This document shows positions 10,055 through 20,611 of a stretch of 64,000 bases of DNA, piece by piece. The translations under genes and the position numbers were made by a program. Under the pieces are notes generated by a model. That model was not told the DNA's origin, did no database searches, and saw nothing but the letters and a program-made list of their open reading frames with translations. The DNA is from a virus. Location: the IMG/VR virus record IMGVR_UViG_3300024518_002836, positions 4,076 through 68,075 of that record, one strand, 5' to 3'. Position 1 is the first letter of the stretch. Each line of letters opens with the position of its first letter.

Positions 10055-10423
10055 TCAGATTAAGCCCCAAACACGAAGTCTAAATGCTACATCATCAAAG
10101 TTATGTCCATTAGTATATTCAGCACAGTCGCCATCATTATCATAACAGAATATTTTAATGCTACTATTACTTGTATAATCACCAGTTAAAACATCTGTTA
10201 CTTCTATGAAAGCACCTGTTTTACCGTCATTAGATGCTGTTGATTGACCCGTTAGACAGGCGGCGGTAATTCTTGCTAATCCTACATCAGAAGCATTAAT
10301 TACATCTGCATCGTGATAAACAGTCATCTTCACTATACAGTCCACCATATATTCATCACCAACCACGCGAGGTCGTGAAACCCCGCGATGGTCGGGTATT
10401 ATTGTAATAAATTGTAGTGTCAT
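10055..10423 (-). CDS. Putative capsid decoration protein
   Basis: 122 aa beta-rich ORF immediately downstream of the MCP. Confidence 0.5.
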   Translation of the reverse strand: MTLQFITIIPDHRGVSRPRVVGDEYMVDCIVKMTVYHDADVINASDVGLARITAACLTGQSTASNDGKTGAFIEVTDVLTGDYTSNSSIKIFCYDNDGDCAEYTNGHNFDDVAFRLRVWGLI

Positions 10424-10434
10424 TTTAAATCAAC

Positions 10435-11799
10435 TCACTGAAGATTTGTTAACTTGCCTTGTCCCTTAAAGAAAGTGCAGCCAGTTTCGCCCATTGTTCG
10501 GAACATGGCCTTGTTTCCAAGTGCGCCAACACCAAACGGGTTTCCAGAATTGATACCATCCTCGAAGTATTGAGTCGGTTTCATCACAGCCAACCATAAA
10601 TGGTCAGTATCTAAGAACAGCATATCACTCACTTGAGTTGTTGCTTCTCCAGAATTAGGCATATCCTTGCAAGGAATCAACGGAATGTCGAAATACGTAG
10701 CAACACGGAAACCGACTTCTCGACCCTTAATACCACGAACACCTTGATGCGAAGGAATAATCTCTTTTCGCTCCATAAAGCGTTCCTGCGCTTGGAGTAA
10801 ATCAGCAATCGCTTGAATCGTATCATAGCCACTTAAGATAACTTTGGGCGTTCCACCATTCGTGCGTAGGTTCTGCAAAGTAGTGTTAATTAGCGTTAAA
10901 GTAAGCGAACGAACATCTGCCGCAGCATAACCATCACCGTAATTCACATACGAATCCATAAAAGACGTATTGTATGCGTTTGCAACTAAATCACGACTGT
11001 TGTTTCCATACAAATAACTGTATTGGTCAATTAATCCACCAGTCGAAGACGTTGAAGCCATACTTCCGTGCATTCCTGCATCAACCATAGCCTCTAATTC
11101 TTGGCTACTTGCAACAATTTTATTCAAAGATGTGTAATTGAGTTCAATGTCTGCATATGATGTGTGGTCATAGTTTTCAAGGGGCATAACCAGCATTTTG
11201 GACTGAACCTCAGCGTGGAATTTACCCATATCTTCACGAACGATGTTACGAATATCACCGATACCATCATCAATTTTAGCCATTTCTGCTGCTACTTCGG
11301 AGTAACCGAACATATGTGCAACAGTTTTAGGACTCATGAATAAGGTCGCATATTCAGGTGCAAGTTCTGAAAGACCAACAGTATTTAAAGAATGATTTTC
11401 TTTTACACCGCCAAGAGTATCTGCTGAAGGTGCGCTCATATCTGCTGTTGGAGTTGCTGACATATCAGTTGTTCCAATTGCAAAAGCCGCCGCACTTCCA
11501 CCCATAGGTCTGTCAATCATTACTCGCCAACCACTAGAAGAATACGGACGCTTTGGAAGAATCGAAAGAGGATTAATCTCTTGATTCAGCATACTCCAAA
11601 CTTTCTGACCATAAATTACGTTATATAAGTTAGATAAGTTAGATGCCGCTGTGCCTACAAACGCATTTGTTGCATTTGTGTCGTGAGCCGTGTGTAAGCC
11701 TAGTAAAGACCCACCGCTTTTCAGAATGTCATTCGTGCCGCCAAAAGTGCCGTATGTTGCGGCTTCAAGGTCAGCAATTGTGTTAATGTATTTTACCAT
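10435..11799 (-). CDS. Major capsid protein (HK97 fold)
   Basis: About 455 aa following protease/scaffold; C-terminal YFDIPLIPCKDMP...DMLFLDTDHL...MFRTMGE...QGKLTNL typical of archaeal tailed-virus MCPs. Confidence 0.85.
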   Translation of the reverse strand: MVKYINTIADLEAATYGTFGGTNDILKSGGSLLGLHTAHDTNATNAFVGTAASNLSNLYNVIYGQKVWSMLNQEINPLSILPKRPYSSSGWRVMIDRPMGGSAAAFAIGTTDMSATPTADMSAPSADTLGGVKENHSLNTVGLSELAPEYATLFMSPKTVAHMFGYSEVAAEMAKIDDGIGDIRNIVREDMGKFHAEVQSKMLVMPLENYDHTSYADIELNYTSLNKIVASSQELEAMVDAGMHGSMASTSSTGGLIDQYSYLYGNNSRDLVANAYNTSFMDSYVNYGDGYAAADVRSLTLTLINTTLQNLRTNGGTPKVILSGYDTIQAIADLLQAQERFMERKEIIPSHQGVRGIKGREVGFRVATYFDIPLIPCKDMPNSGEATTQVSDMLFLDTDHLWLAVMKPTQYFEDGINSGNPFGVGALGNKAMFRTMGETGCTFFKGQGKLTNLQ

Positions 11800-11829
11800 T
11801 TTAATCACCATTTATTGTTTCCAGCGTAT

Positions 11830-13149
11830 TCAGCGGAAATTGCGCTCCAGACGAGACATAGCAAGATGGATTTCATTCCAATCCATCTTTGCGATTTCAT
11901 CATAAGAAGGAACATCTAACGCATCAACGGCCTCTTGCCGCTTGATGATTACATTCTCCTTATCGTTCTTGAGTGTGTCAATGAGTTCACTAAATTGCTT
12001 CTTGAGTTCATTGACTTCTGTTCGGGGGTCGTATTCAGCCTTAGCAATTGCTTCTGCCTTGTTAGCAACCTCACTATTGAATCTTTGTTGGAATCCAGAC
12101 TTAATATCTTCATAAGCCATCTTTTCCATTTGTTCCGCCTTGAATTCAGCATATGCCTTTTCAAGGTTTTCTGCACTTAAATCTAAAGTGGGCGTATCGC
12201 CACCATAAAGAGACTTCTTTGCTTCAGTCCCAGAAACAACTGCAATCTGTCCATGCTTGTTCGAGGGGTTTCCACCAGAAACAATTTCTAAACCAGCCTC
12301 ATCTTCTAATGGCGCTCCATACGGAACATCAGTTTTGCTCTTTTGTGCTAATTCAAGGTCATCGCCTTCATCAACTACTTCTTCTTCACCATGCGCCGAT
12401 TCTAAATCATCGGGTAATGGTGCTTCTTCTTCAGATTCTTCGGTATCTAAGTATTCACCTGTCATGTTTTGTTCACCATCCACTAACTCTAGGTCGGTTG
12501 GTTCTTCTACGGAACGCGGATTTGCTTCCTTAGAAATGTTTTCTCCTTTAATTTCTTTAAGGAGACTATTCAGTTCTTCTAATGCCTTTGTAACTTCAGT
12601 CATTTCATCACCATTATCTTGTTTTAAAATATCAAATTTTGCTTCAGGGTTAATTCCTTTTTCACAAATTGTAACTTCATGTAATTCCAATTTACTAATT
12701 TCGTTATAATCCCCTAATTCTTTATTCTGCTTCTTTCTTTTTTCTAACGCTTGACCGCCAATACTAAAAGAACGAAGAGTACCTTTTCTTATATCTCGAC
12801 TAACTTCCTTAGCCTTTTCAATATCATCTCTTAATTTAATTACTACAAAAAACCCAACATCATCAACGCTGCTTTTCCATAATCTCCCAGAAACATCTCT
12901 ATATTCTTTAACTACTTCTCCAACTTGAACATTTGAATGATTTGTCATCACGTTGCTAAACTTTGGAGTAGTCATGAATTTTTTTACAGCATCTCCTAAT
13001 GCGTCTAAGGTAATTAAATCGTTTTGTTTATCAACAATTTCAATAGAAGCATATCCACCAATATATAACTCATCTGATTTTAATATCTGAAAATCATGCG
13101 AAATACTGGGTTTAATCGAAGGACTAAACTGTATGGCGGCGCTCGTCAC
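11830..13149 (-). CDS. Prohead protease fused to acidic scaffold region
   Basis: IGGYASIEIVDKQND, NHSN (His), RSFSIGG (Ser), LHEVTICEKGINPEA are HK97-type prohead protease motifs; acidic/coiled-coil C-terminal half. Confidence 0.85.
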   Translation of the reverse strand: MTSAAIQFSPSIKPSISHDFQILKSDELYIGGYASIEIVDKQNDLITLDALGDAVKKFMTTPKFSNVMTNHSNVQVGEVVKEYRDVSGRLWKSSVDDVGFFVVIKLRDDIEKAKEVSRDIRKGTLRSFSIGGQALEKRKKQNKELGDYNEISKLELHEVTICEKGINPEAKFDILKQDNGDEMTEVTKALEELNSLLKEIKGENISKEANPRSVEEPTDLELVDGEQNMTGEYLDTEESEEEAPLPDDLESAHGEEEVVDEGDDLELAQKSKTDVPYGAPLEDEAGLEIVSGGNPSNKHGQIAVVSGTEAKKSLYGGDTPTLDLSAENLEKAYAEFKAEQMEKMAYEDIKSGFQQRFNSEVANKAEAIAKAEYDPRTEVNELKKQFSELIDTLKNDKENVIIKRQEAVDALDVPSYDEIAKMDWNEIHLAMSRLERNFR

Positions 13150-13185
13150 AATAACACAACCTGATTCTAGTATATGAAGCGAAGC

Positions 13186-15744
13186 CTATTCAAGCGTGGT
13201 GAAGGACAAATCTTTATTCTCATCTTCCCTAACATCCCATATACCATCATCTGTGGACGATTCAACAGGTTCTTCAACAAAACTTGAAAATGCTAACCAT
13301 TGTTTCTGTCCCTTTAAAGGAATAACCCGTAAATGTAACTTAGTATCAAATTTCTCTCCCTTAAGGAAATATTCGTGATAACCATGTCTCTGCACTCCCA
13401 ATTCAATAGACCCCTTATCAATTAGTTTTTCCTTAGAAACGGTCTCTTGGACTCTTGCTGGATATTTACCCGCTTTACCAAATAAATCAAACACATTATC
13501 AATCGAATCAATTTGTATTTCCCAGCCTATTTGTTCTTTATTTAAAAGAAAACTTAAATCCAAATTACCATCTTTTCTAAGGTATAATTTAAAATCACCC
13601 TTTCTATATTCTTCGGGAGTTTTATACCCTTTAACAATAGTCATAGGATTCGTTTCAAACCCTTCTTCTAATATTTCTTCATCATCCAAAGTCGTAAAAT
13701 TAGTATTACTTAAAGGAATAATATCATTAAATTTATTTTTCATATCTTCTGCTAATTTTTTAGGGTTATCGTTCCAAACCTCTTTAAATAATCTTTTAAA
13801 ATCCTTATCTCTAAGACCATTTTCTATAATATCTTCCAATTCCATTTCATTATCATTTTCTCTAATTAGTTTTATTATTATTGCCCTCATATGGCCGGTC
13901 TTTGCTTTTAATAATTCAACAATTTCTTCTTTAACAACATCTAAATCCACAAGAGCATTTTTAGCCATTAAATTATTATTTTTAAAACCATAAATGGTAA
14001 ATCCATCCATATCATATTTAAGAATAATTTCAGTTTCTCCATGAATATCATCAGTAATAGAAATGCCCTTCTCCAAAGCCCTTGCCTTGTAAGATTTAGT
14101 ATCACCATCAGTATTGGCTAACAACTCCAAAGTTATTAATTTATCAGGAGTCTCTACTTCAGGAATTTCAATCACTTTAGCTGAATAAACTCTAAATTGT
14201 CCCTTACTATTCTTCTTCACTTCATCAACCTTCACACGAATAATTTTACCAATCTCAACATTAATTTTAGTATTTAATGCTTTACCAACATTTAAATAAT
14301 ACCTATCATTAACCTTCTCAGATTGAAGTTTCCTTGCTTCTGCTGGTAATATAGGTCCAGCCCCTAAAGTGTAAGAATTTAAATTAGATTTGGTCGTTTT
14401 CTTATCCAATACTATCAAATCTAAATCAACAAATTTCTTCCATTTAATCCATTTTGGGTTCTTTTTTGCTCCTTTAATATATGTAGAAGTAAGGTCTTTA
14501 ATAACTACTCCTTCAGCAGTTGGAATCTTCATTATCTCTTTAGCATATTTATTAATATCAGACAAACTATCAGCAATTCTAGTGTCCTTTTTAGAAGGGA
14601 ACTGTAATTTTTCATCAGAATGAATAGAGTAATTTTGGAAAAGAATATTAATCCTATCTTGAAGAGGAGAATCAGTTAAATCTCTATCATTATGACGCAT
14701 AATATCAAACACATGACATTTCAATACACCATCTGATTTTTTCCCCTTAAAAATTTTAGCCACGACTTGTGCTCTATGTAAGGGTTTATCATTTTCAAAC
14801 AACATTAGTTCCCCATCAAGAATACATTCACCAAATTTCTTTTCTTTAAGAATTTTAACCTGTTCTGAACATCTATCAGTAATATCATTACCATTAAATG
14901 AATAAATCGAAACCTTATTATCAATTTTATGTAATTGTATCCTCATTCCATCGTATTTTTCCTGAACAAGCCAATCTCCTGTAAATCCTTTAAGTTCATT
15001 AATATCATCTACATCGAAGATTCTATACATTGGCTTATTTGGGACAAGGAAGTGAATATCGTCCTTTTCCTTGTCGGCCTTCTCAATATCAAGACCGAGT
15101 AATTCCTCCCACTCGGATTTGGAATAAAATTTTAGATACAAAGCCTTTAATAAGGACATAGCACCCTTAACTTTGGCTTTAACCTCTTGTGTATTTTTCT
15201 CATCCCCATAATGCTCCATAATGTAGGGGGTGATGGTCTTCTCATGTAGGTCTAGGCCGTCATACCCGTCAGTAATTTGGTCGCCTTTGGGGAGATATTC
15301 CGACCAAAATTCAATTGGAAGGGCGTTTCGGTCATCTCTAATCGCCCAATGGATAAATAGAGCAAGATGTGCTTTATTTTCTAATAGTCTTTCTAGAACT
15401 TGTTCCTTGAATTCTTTAGAAAATGGGTCTTTAACATAATCACTATCATATCTAAGAGTTTTAATGGCATTATAGATAGTCTGAGCTAATGTTGATTCAG
15501 GATTATTTGCTTCAGAAGATTCTAAATCCTTTTCATCTAATACTCGTTTTAATTGTCTAGAAAGGTCATCAATATCTGAATAAATATTTTTCAATTTATC
15601 AATAGACTTTTGCCAATCCTTAGCATAATCTTTTGGTTGCTGTCTAGCAGTAAGATAGGATGCCCTAATCTCTTCAAAAAGGCGCTGAATACGCCTAGAA
15701 AGAGGATTTTTCTCTTTCTTAAATCGGAGACCACTTAAAGGCAT
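13186..15744 (-). CDS. lig: ATP-dependent DNA ligase with N- and C-terminal extensions
   Basis: Motif I QEKYDGMR, LDGE, VFDI, EGVVIK, WIKWKK and OB-fold region; C-terminus resembles the LigD phosphoesterase domain. Confidence 0.9.
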   Translation of the reverse strand: MPLSGLRFKKEKNPLSRRIQRLFEEIRASYLTARQQPKDYAKDWQKSIDKLKNIYSDIDDLSRQLKRVLDEKDLESSEANNPESTLAQTIYNAIKTLRYDSDYVKDPFSKEFKEQVLERLLENKAHLALFIHWAIRDDRNALPIEFWSEYLPKGDQITDGYDGLDLHEKTITPYIMEHYGDEKNTQEVKAKVKGAMSLLKALYLKFYSKSEWEELLGLDIEKADKEKDDIHFLVPNKPMYRIFDVDDINELKGFTGDWLVQEKYDGMRIQLHKIDNKVSIYSFNGNDITDRCSEQVKILKEKKFGECILDGELMLFENDKPLHRAQVVAKIFKGKKSDGVLKCHVFDIMRHNDRDLTDSPLQDRINILFQNYSIHSDEKLQFPSKKDTRIADSLSDINKYAKEIMKIPTAEGVVIKDLTSTYIKGAKKNPKWIKWKKFVDLDLIVLDKKTTKSNLNSYTLGAGPILPAEARKLQSEKVNDRYYLNVGKALNTKINVEIGKIIRVKVDEVKKNSKGQFRVYSAKVIEIPEVETPDKLITLELLANTDGDTKSYKARALEKGISITDDIHGETEIILKYDMDGFTIYGFKNNNLMAKNALVDLDVVKEEIVELLKAKTGHMRAIIIKLIRENDNEMELEDIIENGLRDKDFKRLFKEVWNDNPKKLAEDMKNKFNDIIPLSNTNFTTLDDEEILEEGFETNPMTIVKGYKTPEEYRKGDFKLYLRKDGNLDLSFLLNKEQIGWEIQIDSIDNVFDLFGKAGKYPARVQETVSKEKLIDKGSIELGVQRHGYHEYFLKGEKFDTKLHLRVIPLKGQKQWLAFSSFVEEPVESSTDDGIWDVREDENKDLSFTTLE

Positions 15745-15753
15745 TTATATCAC

Positions 15754-16242
15754 TTAAAAACCAGAAGATAACATTAGTAAAACATGTCTAATAGATTCGG
15801 GATTAGGACTAGAATTACTAATTTCTAATTTTAATAATTTGTGAATTAGTGCTTCTTTTTCATTTTTAGGACCCTGTTCTAATACAGTATATGCTTCAAC
15901 AACTAATTCATCTAACTCTTTACTAAATTTCTTTAAATCATCTAATTGTGCCTGAAGTGATTCAGTAGTAATAGATTTAACTGTCCCGTCTGTAACATAA
16001 ATATTTTCCGGAACACCTTTACTTCCATCCATAGGAGTAGTCCGACTCAATGTTTTGTATTCCTTTACTTTCTCAGCCTTTGGTCTAACGAGTTTAACAT
16101 CTTCTCCACCAGCAGGGTCACAATTATGTTCTTCTGTTGCCGATTCCAATTGAAGTTCACTTTCATCATCAGCACTATGAAGATTATTCATCGTGTCAAC
16201 TTGAACCTCTTTTAATTTTTTCAAGATTGCATCAATATTCAT
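15754..16242 (-). CDS. Hypothetical protein
   Basis: ORF in the coupled operon. Confidence 0.55.
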   Translation of the reverse strand: MNIDAILKKLKEVQVDTMNNLHSADDESELQLESATEEHNCDPAGGEDVKLVRPKAEKVKEYKTLSRTTPMDGSKGVPENIYVTDGTVKSITTESLQAQLDDLKKFSKELDELVVEAYTVLEQGPKNEKEALIHKLLKLEISNSSPNPESIRHVLLMLSSGF

Positions 16243-16487
16243 ATTGTTCCGCCCCCTAATTTAGTAACAAGAGTATTAATCTCATCCCAACTCATCTTAG
16301 CAATAGTGTTAGAATCAGGAACAACTCCATCTACCGCAACCATTTGTGGTGTTGGGCTATCAACCTTTACAAAACCAGATTTCATTAAAATGTTTTCGCT
16401 ATTATACACAGTATCTTCTAGTTTTTGGATTTTATCCACTAATAATTTCAGCACTTCTAGCGTTTCGTCCTTTGTTTCTTCGCTCAT
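16239..16487 (-). CDS. Small protein sharing the scaffold C-terminal motif (IAKMxWxEI)
   Basis: PDSNTIAKMSWDEINTLV versus scaffold PSYDEIAKMDWNEIHLAM. Confidence 0.6.
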   Translation of the reverse strand: MSEETKDETLEVLKLLVDKIQKLEDTVYNSENILMKSGFVKVDSPTPQMVAVDGVVPDSNTIAKMSWDEINTLVTKLGGGTI

Positions 16488-16816
16488 TTCTTTCTCAACC
16501 CCTTACTCTTAGGATAAATAATCTCACGAAGTTCTCTATACATTTCTTCGTAAGATTTACGTAATTTGGCAGCCAAAGCAACAACATCTACATTTTGCTC
16601 AGAAATACTTTTAACTTTCTTTTGCATTTTTTTGTCAGCTTTAACTAAATCTAATTTTCTCATAAGGTCAATTAATTCACCCATTCTAGTGAAATCTTGA
16701 CCAAAATATTCTGAAGGTTCTGCTGCTGATAAAACCTTTTTAAGTTTCTTTTTTTCTTTAACAGACAGACTAGCCAATGCTGGGCTGTCCTCTTTAATTA
16801 CATCAAACCATGTCAT
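16484..16816 (-). CDS. MxWxxILK-tagged hypothetical protein
   Basis: N-terminus MTWFDVIK. Confidence 0.6.
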   Translation of the reverse strand: MTWFDVIKEDSPALASLSVKEKKKLKKVLSAAEPSEYFGQDFTRMGELIDLMRKLDLVKADKKMQKKVKSISEQNVDVVALAAKLRKSYEEMYRELREIIYPKSKGLRKK

Positions 16817-17118
16817 GCTAAATCACCCAATCTATTTTCATAAAATTCTATAACATCATCAACGTCTGTAAATTTTACAAAGCGTTCTTCGTCTTTAAAA
16901 CCACTTACCCAATATTCTTGTTTAATTGCTAAGAATTTTATTACGCTATATTCTTCATTTTTATGAACACTAATACTAAATGAATCAGGAAGACCTTGAA
17001 GTAAAGGTTTAACATATTCAACAGATGCAGTAAATCCTAATTTTTTTAATGCATCTACAATAAAATTAGCAGTTACCCTTACTGAATTCTCATTCTTTAA
17101 TACACTTTCCCAACTCAT
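16813..17118 (-). CDS. MxWxxILK-tagged hypothetical protein
   Basis: N-terminus MSWESVLK. Confidence 0.6.
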   Translation of the reverse strand: MSWESVLKNENSVRVTANFIVDALKKLGFTASVEYVKPLLQGLPDSFSISVHKNEEYSVIKFLAIKQEYWVSGFKDEERFVKFTDVDDVIEFYENRLGDLA

Positions 17119-19952
17119 TCTTCTTCTTCCCTCCTTTTTCTATCTCTTTCTTTTGATGCTGCATGGTGTCGTTCCGTATCTCTTATTCTATTTTTAGGAG
17201 CAACCCATTTCGGGTCTTTAGATTGAACCTCTATTTCTTTTTCTTTTTCTGGTTCCTGTTCATCTATATGCTTTTCTTTATCTTGTCTTTCTTCTTCTGC
17301 TAAACGCTCAACCTTATCTTCATAAGATTCTGGAATATATTTATCTCCTTCTTTTTCTTTACGCTCTTCTTCTTCTTGCAGATGACTGAATTCACCCATA
17401 AGGTTTGCATTCCCTGCTTCCAATAATTGTTCAATATTCACAGCATCATCATCAACAAATTCATGGTCATCTCCTTCTATATATTCAATCACATTTCCAG
17501 CAACATCAACAATTTGTTCATCTAAATGTAATCCCTGACCAATATATTCTTCGTCCGGAAGGTAGTCTCGATAATCAACTTTCTCATCTTTAGCATAAGA
17601 AACAGCACCCATTTGCTCAACTCTTCTATCAAATAAATGCGGAAAATCTTCTACATTTGGGTGTTGTCCAGATGCTAAAGCTCTAATTAATCTAGTTCTA
17701 TTAGAATCAATCTTTTGTTGAGTTAATATCGTTCTAAACTTCTTCCTTTTCTGACGCTCCTTATCCATAAAAAGATTATATTCAGGTAACATTATATTAA
17801 CAAGCCTTTTTAAGTCGTCTTCATCATATTTCTTTCCAGCCTTAACAACTCGTACTAAAGACGTAATTCTTAAATCTAATTCCTCTTTCTTTTCTGTAGA
17901 AAAATTAGTCCTTCTTCTAGTTTTAGTAGTGGGTTTATAGAAAGGGTCCTCTTTTAATGCTAACTCTTGAAATCTTTTTAAATCTTTATTAGCAATTTTA
18001 TTAAAATTCTTTTCTATCTTTTTAGATAACTCGTTAATCATTTTAGTAAGTTCTTTTTTAATTGGTTCCCATGAAGGAATGTTTTCTTTTACTTCTCCCC
18101 ATACGCGCTTAATCGCTTCATAGTTTATTAATAATTCAATATACTCATCATCAGTTGGATTATCTTTATCCATATCTTTTATTGTATCAGAAATCGCATC
18201 TAATAATCTTCTAGCATCTTGTTCAGGTAAACTTTTATATTCATCACCTTCTAATTCTTCTTGCATAGTTAATGCGTCGTCATGAAAATCTAAAAGTGTT
18301 TCTAACATTAATTCTTGCTCATCTGTTAATTCTGGTTTCTCAACTTGTTTTTCACCAGTATCTAATTTTTTTCTAATCCTTTTAATAATATATCTAGCAC
18401 TAACCACTAAATCTGCATTTAAATCTCCTTCTTTTAATGCTTTAATAAAGATTTTTAATAATATATTGAGATTTTTCCTAAAAATAGTATGATGTTCCGG
18501 GCGGGTTTTCCCATCTTCTTCATATGAAATGCCAAAATCGCTTTTACCAGATACTGACTGTTCATCAAACATTTCTAATTGTTCTGAAGTAAGGTTTGAA
18601 AAAAAGGATTGTAATTTTTGTAATAATTCTATCCCATCATTATCACCGGGAACTCTTAATAAATAAGATAATTCTTCATCATACGCTTCCCAGTTTTTCA
18701 AATTTCCTGATTTACCTGTTCCTAGTCGACCAGATTTAGGCATATCTTTCATATAATTAGGGTGAGCATTTTTAACCTCTCTAACAAACTCTTTAAATTT
18801 AATAGTGTAATCATCAAGGAATGGTTTTAAATCCGCAGTTAAAGTGAATGCTTTAACATCATCAATAAACTTCTGCTTTCTAGCTTTTAATCTAATCATC
18901 TCTTCATAAGATACTGGAATATATTCTTTCCCTTCTTTTATTTCACGCTCTTCTTCTGCTTCCCTATGTTGTTTTCTTTCTTTTGTTTCTACGATTTCAG
19001 GTTTAGGTGTCTTCTCTTTCTCTTCTACTGGCCCACCTAATTCTTTTTTAGTTTTAGTTATCCTATCTTTAATTTGTTTGATTTGTATATCTAACTTATC
19101 ATTGATTCTAGCATTTTTATTATATCTAGCTCTTATATTCTTTACAAGACTTTCTATTGGTAAGATGTCTCCAACTTTCTTATGTTGTTCTCTTGCTTCT
19201 TTAATTTCACGTTCTAACTCTCTTGCATCAGCATTTAAATATAATGTTTCTAATTTATTTAACTTTCCTGTTAATATCTTAAGGCCTGTTTTTAACAAAC
19301 TATTTTTAATTTTAGGATTATTCCTTTCTTCATAACTATGCCCCATTAATTTAGTGTAATGGTTTTTTAATTCAACAAAATCTTCCTTAAAGAATTGTAA
19401 TTGTTCTTTCATATCATTGATTAATAAAGCGTGTTCTTTTTGTTCTTCTTTCCACCAAGAAGTAATCTGTTTTCTTTTTTCTTTTTTCTCAGAAGCAGAT
19501 AATTTTTTACCCTTACCTGCTCTTCTTTTTAAATTCGTAATATGTCTTAAAAGCCCCTTATCATCTGGCTCATCAGTAGCGATAATTTTTTGATTTATTA
19601 ACGATTCTAGTAAATCCTTTTTTTCCTCAGATTTAGGACCAAGTAATATTTTTAAGTTTTTAGTAGGAATATCTTCGGATTCTTCAATACGCGCTATCAT
19701 ATTTTTATAACCCTTAGCCTGTCTTGCAAACTGCTCTTTTCCCAATTCAATATCTTCTGGAATATCTTTAATCATAGATACTGTTTCTTTCATAGCCTCC
19801 TTCCAATATTCTCCACCTAATTCTTCTAAACCTTCTTCTCTAGCAGCCTCGACACCTTTTATTAATTCGCCCATAAACACTTTGGTTAAAGTATAAGGGT
19901 CGCGTTTACCAATTAGGTGGGCTTTGAGTAAGGTCATTAAAGAATTCACCAC
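17115..19952 (-). CDS. Large charged coiled-coil protein (945 aa), possible internal virion protein
   Basis: K/E-rich long ORF in the head module. Confidence 0.65.
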   Translation of the reverse strand: MVNSLMTLLKAHLIGKRDPYTLTKVFMGELIKGVEAAREEGLEELGGEYWKEAMKETVSMIKDIPEDIELGKEQFARQAKGYKNMIARIEESEDIPTKNLKILLGPKSEEKKDLLESLINQKIIATDEPDDKGLLRHITNLKRRAGKGKKLSASEKKEKRKQITSWWKEEQKEHALLINDMKEQLQFFKEDFVELKNHYTKLMGHSYEERNNPKIKNSLLKTGLKILTGKLNKLETLYLNADARELEREIKEAREQHKKVGDILPIESLVKNIRARYNKNARINDKLDIQIKQIKDRITKTKKELGGPVEEKEKTPKPEIVETKERKQHREAEEEREIKEGKEYIPVSYEEMIRLKARKQKFIDDVKAFTLTADLKPFLDDYTIKFKEFVREVKNAHPNYMKDMPKSGRLGTGKSGNLKNWEAYDEELSYLLRVPGDNDGIELLQKLQSFFSNLTSEQLEMFDEQSVSGKSDFGISYEEDGKTRPEHHTIFRKNLNILLKIFIKALKEGDLNADLVVSARYIIKRIRKKLDTGEKQVEKPELTDEQELMLETLLDFHDDALTMQEELEGDEYKSLPEQDARRLLDAISDTIKDMDKDNPTDDEYIELLINYEAIKRVWGEVKENIPSWEPIKKELTKMINELSKKIEKNFNKIANKDLKRFQELALKEDPFYKPTTKTRRRTNFSTEKKEELDLRITSLVRVVKAGKKYDEDDLKRLVNIMLPEYNLFMDKERQKRKKFRTILTQQKIDSNRTRLIRALASGQHPNVEDFPHLFDRRVEQMGAVSYAKDEKVDYRDYLPDEEYIGQGLHLDEQIVDVAGNVIEYIEGDDHEFVDDDAVNIEQLLEAGNANLMGEFSHLQEEEERKEKEGDKYIPESYEDKVERLAEEERQDKEKHIDEQEPEKEKEIEVQSKDPKWVAPKNRIRDTERHHAASKERDRKRREEEE

Positions 19953-20164
19953 TTATTTTCTGTCCTTTTTTGTTTCTTAGGAAGATGCACTACATAATCA
20001 ATATCATTTGAAGATGTTCTTTCATTATTATGATTTTTCTTATCTGGTAATTGCATAGGAGTAAGGTTTCTATCAATTGGTTTTTTCTGTTCTGCTAAAC
20101 TCAGCATCTTTTCAGTCTCTTGAAGTTCTCTTCTAATCTTTGCTACTTCTTTTCTATTTGTCAT
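19946..20164 (-). CDS. Hypothetical protein
   Basis: Coupled short ORF. Confidence 0.5.
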   Translation of the reverse strand: MTNRKEVAKIRRELQETEKMLSLAEQKKPIDRNLTPMQLPDKKNHNNERTSSNDIDYVVHLPKKQKRTENKW

Positions 20165-20607
20165 TATCTTACCTCCGGAATATTTTTCTTACGAATCATA
20201 CGTCTAATCTTACCAAGAAGGCGCTTTTGTTCTCTAGGTTCCTCTCTAGCCCTTGTTGCTAAAAGTGTAACCGCATCAGCCAACTCCCCATATTGCCCTC
20301 TAGATTCTCTCATAAGTCTAGCACGAACTTCTTTAATGTTTGCTCTAGTATCATCACCAGTAGAAACATCTTCGTCTATTGGTTCTCTTCTAGGTTCAGC
20401 AGTTTTACGAGAAGATGGAGAAATAGTTTTTCTACCAAATGTAGGCCTACCTTGCATTTCTTCCGGCATTCCTTTCGGATGCTCCGCAATTTTAGGACCA
20501 ACATCCAAAGTGGTTTGTCCGGGGTTTTTTCTAGCAATATTCGCTGCACGTCTAATTCGACGAGTCTGCTCTATTTTAGATTCTTTTAGTATTTTAAACC
20601 AAGTCAT
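20164..20607 (-). CDS. MxWxxILK-tagged Arg-rich protein
   Basis: MTWFKILK, very basic; GAGGTGA SD. Confidence 0.6.
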   Translation of the reverse strand: MTWFKILKESKIEQTRRIRRAANIARKNPGQTTLDVGPKIAEHPKGMPEEMQGRPTFGRKTISPSSRKTAEPRREPIDEDVSTGDDTRANIKEVRARLMRESRGQYGELADAVTLLATRAREEPREQKRLLGKIRRMIRKKNIPEVR

Positions 20608-20611
20608 TTAA

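Noticed and set aside
11690-20611. Numerous short plus-strand ORFs antisense to structural genes
   Set aside because: Shadow frames of long minus-strand genes, without SD or recognisable motifs.
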